From: Eledone cirrhosa
Taxonomy: Eukaryota
NCBI GenBank assembly: GCA_964016885.1
Contig: OZ024741.1
Span: forward strand, 186,558,001 to 186,622,000
Direction: 5' to 3'
Length of the DNA: 64,000 bases
Both the position numbers and the translations under genes were made by a program. Each line of letters starts with the position of its first letter. Position 1 is the first letter of the stretch. The notes beneath the pieces are model-generated. The model was not told the origin of the DNA. It made no database searches and saw only the letters and a list, made by a program, of their open reading frames with translations. Positions 55,452-64,000 of this stretch are shown here, in pieces.

Positions 55452-58400
55452 GGGTATGACATTAAACTACATCCTGTGGCAAGGCCCCAGTTCGGGAGTT
55501 CAGGAGTTGTGGGGAATGTGGAGTTACCCCTTAGTTGTCATAACTCCCAGGTCTGCCCTGGCCCGGGGTGGTAGTACCTGTTAGGGCTCCATTTATGGGT
55601 TAAATAACTACCTTATTCGAGTGTCGCCGGTAAGGTATTGTCAGCCATTGAAAAGAAACATGGAGAGTCGATCTAACAGCACTAGGGTTGAAGCCCCTAA
55701 TTACACTGTCAAGGAGCAGCCTGGTCGTTATGACTCTGCTGGCTTAGAACCACAGAGAGGGCCAGTGGATGATGGATCAGCTGTCTCTGAGACAAATATA
55801 AAGAATGCAGTTTTGTCCTGCAGAAGAGCCATCAAATTGGGCACTTTGAATGGGAGGACTATTCGGACGCTCGAGAAGAGAGAGGAGTTGGGACATCTGT
55901 TCGAGGAGAGTGGTATGCAGATACTTGCGATCCAAGAACACAGGATCCTACACGATGAGCCCGTGAGGAGTGTGATGATCGGGAAGAGGAGCCAGCTCAT
56001 CACTACATCGGCAGTGAAGAACACAACAAATGCTGCAGTAGTAGGAGTGGGTTTTGTGTTCAGTGCAAAAACCAATCTGTTGGTGAGGGAAATAATGCCT
56101 ATCTCCTCGCGAGTGTTGAGGGTGACCTTCAATGGAAACCCAAGACTGACTGTCATCTCAGCCTATAGTCCAACCGAGGGGGACAGTGATGTGAGTGCGG
56201 AAGAGTTCCATGAGGCGGTGTGTAGAGCTGTCAACACCACTCAGGCACACAATATCCTGCTTGTTTTGGGGGACTTCAATGCACATCTGAGTAAGGAGGG
56301 CAGTGAAGATCCTTGCTGGTACTTCCATAACAACATCAACCGAAATGGAAGACTACTGAGAAACACCCTGTTGGAGGCGAACTTGATGGCGACCAACCTA
56401 AGGTTAAGGAAGAATCTGGGGAAGATGTGGACCTACATCTCGGATATGCACCTGTCTAAGTCTCAGATTGATTTCATTCTGGTGAGGAAAATGTGGCGGA
56501 ATAGTGTTCTGAACACAGAACCATACAGCTATTTCAGTACACTGGGTAGTGACCACCGGCTTGTTATGAGTGAGGTCCGGGTGAGCTTAAAAAAGAGCAA
56601 GGCTCGGCCCCGGAGAGCAATCTATGACTGGGGAGCTTTCAAGGAAGATGATAAGCTACAGGAGAGGTTCACAGTGGAAGTGAGAAACAGGTTTAGTGCT
56701 CTGTGTGGAGTGTCAGAGGAGAGAGAGATTGGATGGACTGAGGAGAGTGTGACGAGGAGGTACGGGCACTTCACCAATGCAGTGGCGGAAGCAAGTGAAA
56801 CCCTGGTGCCGAGGAAAAAGAACAAAGGAAAGCACGTCAAATCTGCAAACCCAAAAGTGTGTGCAGTCAGAGAACACCTGAAAGCTGCCAAGGACTAATT
56901 CTATGCTGATCCTACGGAGGAGAGGATGGAGACTGAAGGTGATGAGGGAAGAGCTCTGTACCGCTTACACTGAGGTCAGAGAGGAGGCACTGATAGAGAA
57001 GATCAGAAGTGGGGAGAGAGTGGTTGACAGATCTGGATGTAAGGAGAGCTGGATGATCATCAACGAGATCACAGGGAGGAAGAGAAGGTGTTCGAGTCAG
57101 ATCCAGGGAACGGGGCCTGAGGATAGGAAGAGGAAATGGCTAGACCATTTTAGGACCCTACTAGGAGAGCCACCCTTCACAGCTCAGAGCACTGGGGAGA
57201 CCAGGCGGCTGTTTGAGGAACTGTATGTTGAGACAGAGCCCTTCACCAGAGAGGAGCTTGAGAGAGCCAAGAAGAGGATCAAGGAGGGCAAGGCTCATGG
57301 AGAGGATGGAGTGGCATCAGAGGTGATGAAGAGGTGTGATTTTGATGATATCATCCTGGGGTTCTGTAACGGGGCACTGGAGAAAGGAGTTGCCCCGAAT
57401 CAGTGGAGGATCAGTAACATCGTCCCAGTGCCAAAGAAGGGAGATCTCTCTAACACCAACAACTACAGAGGGGTCTCACTAACGTCACTTGTGGCAAAGA
57501 CCCTCAACAGGATGATTCTTAACAGGATCCAGCCTGAGATGGAGAAGAAGCTCAGGGACAACCAGAACGGCTTCAGAGAGGGTAGATCAACCCCCAGTCA
57601 CATCCTGATGCTGAGGAGGATATTAGAGGGAGCTAGAGCAAAGTGCCTTCCTGCGGTCATGGTTTTCATTGACTTTAGGAAGGCCTTTGATTCTGTGGAC
57701 CGTTACTGCCTGATGAAGTTATTACAGGCTTATGGAATCCCCAAGAGGATAGTGGACCTGATATCACTGCTCTACACCAACACCAAAGTCCAAGTCATTA
57801 TAACTGATGGGATGACAGAGTTCTTTGAGATACTGGCTGGAGTGCTCCAGGGAGATACATTGGCTCCCTACCTTTTTATCATCGTAGTGGACTATTGTAT
57901 GCGTCTTGCATTGGAGAAACACCAGGACTCTGGCTTTACTGTGGCACCGGCTCAGATCAGGAGAGTTAAGGCGAAAAAGGTATCGGATGCTGAATTTGCC
58001 GACGACATAGTTTTGGTGACGAATACAGTGAAGGAGGCAGAGGATTTGATGCTGGAGGTTGAGACTGTGTCGATGAGTGTGGGGCTGAGAATGAATGAGA
58101 CTAAAACAAAATATCTGGTAGAGAATGTTGAGAAGCCAGAGGGGATCACTAATGTAGGCGGGAAGCCGCTAGAATTGGTTGAAGGCTTCCTGTATTTGGG
58201 AGCAAAGATTGGGAATACGGAAGATGATGTGATTGAGAGGAAGAGCAAGGCCAGAGCGGCGTGCCACAGCTTGAGATCGGTGTGGAAGTAGGAACTTCGT
58301 AGAGACCTGAAAATCCGCCTCTTCACTGCTGTAGTGGAGTCTGTGCTGCTGTACGGGTCTGAGACACTTGGACACTGACCAAGAAACTCAGTCAAATGGT

Positions 58401-58770
58401 GGATGGGTGCTACAGGAGAATGCTGAGGATGGCTCTGAACATTAATCAGTATACACTGAGGATGAAAAACTCAGAGCTGTATGGGAGCATCCCAAAAGTC
58501 AGCTCAAAAGTAACACAGAGGAGACTGAGGTTAGCTGGACATACTCACCGACATCCAGAGTTGACATTGCACTCAGTGCTCCTTTGGGAGCCCCTACATG
58601 GACACACTAGAAGCGGAAGACCAAGGTTAACGTATGTTGATCCCCTAAGGACAGACACTGGTCTATTGGAGACGCAGGAGATGGCAGCGATAATGAGGGA
58701 CAGAGACCGCTGGAGAGAACTCGTCCATGGATCTCGGGAATTTTACCCGCCTTAGAATAGAAATAGAATA

Positions 58771-58773
<3 letters not shown>
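55446..58773 (+). mobile_element. Near-full-length RTE-clade LINE
   Basis: Short 5' UTR, single APE-RT ORF, (TAGAA)n tail 58753-58773, (TA)n on both sides. Confidence 0.9.
55660..58755 (+). pseudogene. APE endonuclease-reverse transcriptase ORF with four lesions
   Basis: GTLN, AIQEHR, YSPT, GDFNA, QIDFIL, SDHR; NYRGVSL, QNGFR, FIDFRKAFDSV, GVLQGDTLAP, FADD, LLYGSET. Stops at 56896 and 58289; frameshifts near 56930 and 58367. Confidence 0.92.
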
Positions 58774-58814
<41 letters not shown>

Positions 58815-58958
58815 GAAAAGGATGAACAGAAATAACAACACAATCGGAACAATATATTGAAAGAATATATTACTTGAACGGTTGATATAGCAGGAATTTG
58901 GTCTTAACGTTGTGGAGTCTAGTCCTTCATCAGAAGAAAGAATGAGAAATTAGAAAGA

Positions 58959-59441
58959 CTAGCAGAAAAACCACCCTTCGTGTGGTTTCCTGCTAGCATG
59001 TGTAGTGTGCATATTGATATTATACGCAGGTATATATACATGTAGATATGATACATCAAATAAAAACGTAATTGACAATATAGACAGAAATTGAACGAAG
59101 ACTCTGTTACACTGTCTTATGTAATCAGTAACGTAATCCATGATACATTAAGAAAAGACGATATTATATATAAACTGCATTAGGAGAAAATAAGTGACAG
59201 AACTATATAAATGTTCATTTAAGCCATCGCTAACCGGAAGTGTTGACATTTGAAAATTTTAAAGAAGTGAATCTTAAAATAAGTAATAAAATATATTTAA
59301 TGAACAGCCACGAAATTTAGTAGATAAATTATGTAATATGCATTCATTATTTATTCAAAGTAATCCAACTTATTTTACAAACGGGATAACAAATATATAT
59401 TCTGGATGCAGTGCCGCACTCCTGATTTGTTATAGTTTAGA
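58959..59441 (-). mobile_element. Non-autonomous Helitron-like element, copy 2
   Basis: Same termini as 1948-2667; inserted at A|T without TSD into a repeat whose uninterrupted relative is ~18690-18890. Confidence 0.75.
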
Positions 59442-59539
59442 TTGAAGGCGCGGACAGAGAGGAATCGGAATAAATATTTTTCGAGAAAAATAACAGGTCC
59501 ATTCATGTTGCCATCTCTTAGAAAACTGTTGATGTTGGC

Positions 59540-59576
<37 letters not shown>

Positions 59577-59577
<1 letters not shown>

Positions 59578-59779
59578 CGGAGGAAATGTGGTAAGGAACC
59601 AGGTGGACCATAACACACCAAAGTAATCAATACTTAGCGTAGTAGAGTGGGTAATAGGAACGAGTAAGACCCCGACGGCTGAGCTCAAGCCGTTTCGACG
59701 GCTAATTCTGGACTAAAATTTCTAGTCCAGAATTAGCCGTCGAAACGGCTTGAGCTCAGCCGTCGGGGTCCTACTCGTT

Positions 59780-59784
<5 letters not shown>
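59577..59784. mobile_element. Family C fold-back element
   Basis: Arms 59654-59715 and 59723-59784; tail 59577-59653. Confidence 0.88.
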
Positions 59785-59837
<53 letters not shown>

Positions 59838-60008
59838 TTAGAAAGTGAGGTTTTTTTTACAAAATGAAAAATAACCGAGGTGTCCTACACGAGTGAAAGT
59901 ATAAAGAAAAAAAGATGAAATCGAAAATGCAAATGGAGTTTTATTTTTTAAAAACATATATATATTTATTTGGTTCCGTTACCGGTTTCGCAGTTCTTTT
60001 GAAAAGTG

Positions 60009-60044
60009 CTTTTGAAAAGCAGAAGAGCTGCGAAACCGGTAAAG
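60009..60044 (+). ncRNA. Minimal hammerhead with U3-A8 core (family E) in fold-back ~59840-60112
   Basis: ctt TTGAAAA gcag-aagag-ctgc GAAA ccgg TA aag; second copy at ~61700 has G5>A. Confidence 0.6.
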
Positions 60045-60112
60045 GAACCAAATAAATATATATATATTTTTTTAAATAAGACTCCAGTTGCATTTTCGAT
60101 TTCATCTATTTT

Positions 60113-60190
<78 letters not shown>

Positions 60191-60327
60191 TAAAAAAAAT
60201 ATTCTGTATTCCGTTTATCTTTCACCGAAAGTGATTTTTCATTGCATCTCTTCTTTCCATGATATCCGGATTACATTGAGTTCTTCATACGGATTGGACA
60301 CTACCGTAAACTCTTGGTAGATTTATC

Positions 60328-60389
<62 letters not shown>

Positions 60390-60817
60390 TTCATGTCTAC
60401 GAACATATGAATATAAATTGCCTTGTTCACTCATTATACACTATGTCATGATACCGTGGTAATACAGACTATATGTCTTTTAAAATGTATATGCGTGCGT
60501 GCGTGCGTGTCTACACATAGATGTATGTATGTATGAATGCGCTTATATATATATATGTGTGTGTGTGATTAGCTAAATCAAATTATGTAATGTTTGCAGA
60601 GTTTGAGTAGATAGTAATGTATTTATCGAATATTTAACTGATATATTCGTGTATTGATTTTTATCATGACGCCGATGTATTATATTCTTAACCTTATAAA
60701 ATCTCATTGACCGTATCCTGGAGACCCATGCACCTAGTGGCACATCTGCGTAACAGAGACCGTCACTTGATTTAACTTGAATAAATACATCCATCTATCT
60801 ATCTATGTCTCTCTCTC

Positions 60818-60931
<114 letters not shown>

Positions 60932-61232
60932 TGTTTGTGTGTGTGTGTGTGTGTGCGTGTGCGTGTGCGTGTGTGTGCGTGTGTGTTTATATATATATAT
61001 AATGGCTGAATTATGTGTGTTTCTGCTCTCAATTTTCCGTTTCTTCATCGTTTCACTCTTCGTCTTTCTATTTCATCTTTTATTTCTTATTCTAGCTCCT
61101 GATGAATGACAAGTGTTTGAAACTTTAAGACTCTTTTCCTGTTATTTCATGTGTTAAACTAATATATTTCTTCATTCTACTCTGTCGTTTGCCTTCTATT
61201 TCCGTATATATTCTACACACACACACGCAAAC

Positions 61233-61307
<75 letters not shown>

Positions 61308-61430
61308 GGTAAACATTTATGCAATTCAATTCAAGCACTCAACGTACTTTTTCCACATAGGAGTGACGGTGTATATATCGAATAAGGAGAAGCGAAGTAG
61401 TTTCAGATGTTCAAGTCCTTTAATAATAAT

Positions 61431-61504
61431 GCTGTGATATATATTTCAATGACGACACTGGCCACACTGTTCTGTGTGCGAGTGTCGTGACATCATCAGA
61501 CAGC
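61431..61504 (-). ncRNA. Type I hammerhead ribozyme (complete)
   Basis: Minus strand: gctgt CTGATGA tgtcacgacact..cacac/gtgtg..agtgtcgtcatt GAAA tatata TC acagc; helix III ATATATAT; AUC triplet. Confidence 0.8.
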
Positions 61505-61805
61505 TTGTTACATAATAAGGTTGTTTCCGAGGCAATCCAAATTGAATCGACATGGGAACGGATGAAGTTCGTGCCTTTGGGTTTTTCATCCGTTCCCTTG
61601 TGAGTACCAATTCACCCCCACCGGTCTGCGCAAGCACGTGTCCGAAGGAAGTTGACCATCTGATGTGAGCAAAACCACAGACCCTCGATCTCAGCTCTAC
61701 TTTTAAAAAGCAGAAGAACTGCGAAACCGGTAAAGGAACCAAATAAATATATATATTTTTTTAAAATAAGACTCCAGTTTCATTTTCGATTTCATCTTTT
61801 TTTTC

Positions 61806-61863
<58 letters not shown>

Positions 61864-61867
61864 CATA

Positions 61868-61923
<56 letters not shown>

Positions 61924-61931
61924 TATACATA

Positions 61932-62006
<75 letters not shown>

Positions 62007-62011
<5 letters not shown>

Positions 62012-62193
62012 GTTTCTACTTTTGGCACAAGGCCATCAATTCACCAGTACATTACTGGTACTTTATTTTATCGACCCCGTAAGGATGAAAGGCAAAGTTA
62101 ACCTCGGCGGGATTTGAACTCAGATCGTAAAGAGACGTAACTCTTTGCGTTAAAGCGTGGCGTTCGACCCTCTACTGATACTGCCAATCCACC
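62007..62193 (-). mobile_element. tRNA-derived SINE
   Basis: Reverse complement of consensus. Confidence 0.88.
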
Positions 62194-62349
62194 AATGAGA
62201 AGATATATATATCGTAAGAGAGGAGGAGAGAGAGATAGAAAGCTGTGATACAGTATACTAATGCCGATAGCCTAAGCTAGGTGAGCTCGATGCTTAGGTT
62301 ATCAGTGTTAATTATTCAAGAGGAGTTAATATTTAATGAAGGCTTCAAG

Positions 62350-62715
62350 CAGAGCCGGTATAAGCAAAATAAATAAATGGTGGAGTTGCAGTTCGTTTAA
62401 CACAAAATGTTACTTCTTACATGATGTTTCATCTACACCACAACAAGTAACTTATTTACGTACATTTAAGCCGTTACAGGTATGGCATAGGATCCTCGGA
62501 AAAGATATAGTTGTTTACACAGATGCCAATCGAAGTTGGTCTAACCAGCCAAACTGGGTGAAAGTTCATTCAAAGAAGAGGTTAATCCAGATAGGAGTTC
62601 AATTACAGTGGATGCAGTACATCGTAATATATTGTGAAACATCATGTAAGAAGTAAAATTTTGTTTTAAACGACCTGCAACTCCTCCATTTATTCATTTG
62701 CTTATACCTGCTCTG
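62350..62715. repeat. Fold-back element keeping the HHR 3' half
   Basis: Arms 62350-62431 and 62635-62715; GAAA catcatg TA at 62636. Confidence 0.7.
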
Positions 62716-62716
62716 G

Positions 62717-63210
62717 AGCATTAGCCAGAGTCGGTGATAGAATACGATCAAGTGAAGGTGCCATGAAGGTGCTCTGAGATTTCAAACAGACAAGAAACTA
62801 GAACACGGTAGGCCTGACCTGGTGGTTTTTGACAAGGAAAAAAGATCGTGCCTGATTGTAGATGTAACCTGCCCCTTTGACATGAGAGTGAAAGAAAAGG
62901 TAAAGGAGAAAATTAACCGATATCAGGATTTAAAGTGGGAATTAAAAAGGATTTAGGACTATCATGAGATCAAGGTCGTCCCGATTGTTATAGGAGCACC
63001 TGGTACTATCTCGAAAAGTTTTGAAGGATGGTTAAAGAAAATAGTCCAGCCCCCTTTTTGGGAACACTTCAAAAGGCATGCTTGCTGGGAACAGCAAGAA
63101 CCCTCCGATACGTCCTGTATATCTGAAGCTGCAGGTAGCAGCTTGATGTTCATTTAAATTTTTCAGTTAAATAACATTAAGGGCTGAGACTCCTAGAGAA
63201 GAAATAATAA
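62717..63210 (+). mobile_element. 3' end of a Dong/R4-type LINE (restriction-like endonuclease), disrupted
   Basis: EH*PESVIE..VL*DF/QTDKKLEHGRPDLVVFDK..IVDVTCPFD..EKINRYQDLKWEL..VVPIVIGA..QKACLLGTAR; ends in aataataat. Confidence 0.85.
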
Positions 63211-63682
63211 TAGTTTCTTATATAGGTACAAGGCAAGCAATTTTAAGGAGGGGAAAGTCGATTAAATCTACCTCCGTGCATTAATGATACTTTATTTTAT
63301 CGAGCCCGTAAGGATGCAAGGCAAAGTTCATCTTGGCGGGATTTGAACTCAGATCATGAAGGGATATAACTCTATGTTGCTAAGCATCGCGTCCGACCCT
63401 CTACCGATACTGCCAATCCACCGCCTTTAGCGAAAAAAAAATAACAATAATAAATTTTCATAATAAAATTATGAGCCTGCCATTGTTAAGGTTACTTAGG
63501 CACATTCAAAATATGTTGGGATTAACAAAACAAAATTGTAGAAAAATGAGAAGTGGGTCAAATGGGTTATATAATAATTGTTTCTACTTTAGGCACAAGG
63601 CCAGCAATTACCCAGTGCATTACTGGTACTTTATTTCATCGACCCCGTAAGGATGAAAGGCAAAGTCAACCTCGGCAGGATT
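63208..63682 (-). mobile_element. Two SINE copies (63208-63427 near full length; 63572-63682 3' half)
   Basis: Reverse complement of consensus. Confidence 0.85.
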
Positions 63683-63701
63683 ATATAATAATGATACATT
63701 A

Positions 63702-63917
63702 CGTGCTGTGTTCTTGAGCAAAATACTTCATTTCACGTTGCTCCATATACTCAGCTGAAAGTTAGTACCAGCAATAGCTGGAAGTTTAACCCTGCGATGG
63801 ACTAGCGTCCTGTCCAGGGAGGAAGTCTTGTACTCTCAGTCGCTTCACGCCATGAAACCGGGATAAGCACCGGCCAAATGAGCCTTCTGGCTTAAGACAG
63901 ACTTTAGACTTTTAGAT
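63702..63917 (+). mobile_element. Second SINE family, V-domain-like, 5'-truncated
   Basis: gtgttcttgagcaaaatactt and ccctgcgatggactagcgtcctgtccaggg resemble V-SINE core; short agacttt repeat tail. Confidence 0.6.
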
Positions 63918-64000
63918 ACATTATAAACATACACCAAAAAATTAGATAAAGTACATTGCTGATTACATAAAACAAATGTAAATTGTAAAAGTTATATTTG

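Overview
AT-rich, microsatellite-saturated metazoan non-coding DNA. The SINE and repeat content suggests a coleoid cephalopod such as Octopus (inference). I found no host exon; almost all short ORFs in the track are microsatellite artefacts. All real coding remnants are transposon-derived: a near-full-length RTE-clade LINE (55.4-58.8 kb), a 5'-truncated L1/Tx1-type LINE, a Chapaev3-type DNA transposon nested in an older RTE, three Penelope-like element (PLE) relics and a Dong/R4-type LINE end. The window also has non-autonomous Helitrons, a Tc1/mariner MITE, about 15 tRNA-derived SINE copies and a 4.2-kb compound satellite. The main signal is RNA-level. Reading by eye gives about 19 complete and more than 10 degenerate type I hammerhead ribozyme (HHR) motifs, in at least 10 sequence-unrelated short families. 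Almost all have a palindromic, dimer-type helix III and lie next to (TA)n, and many are fold-back palindromes sharing a small ACTC...GAGT hairpin in the 3' tail. One family is a 476-bp tandem-plus-inverted array (10.8-12.2 kb) with the architecture of a non-LTR retrozyme. Three families appear to use a compensatory U3-A8 core. All folds are manual and untested.
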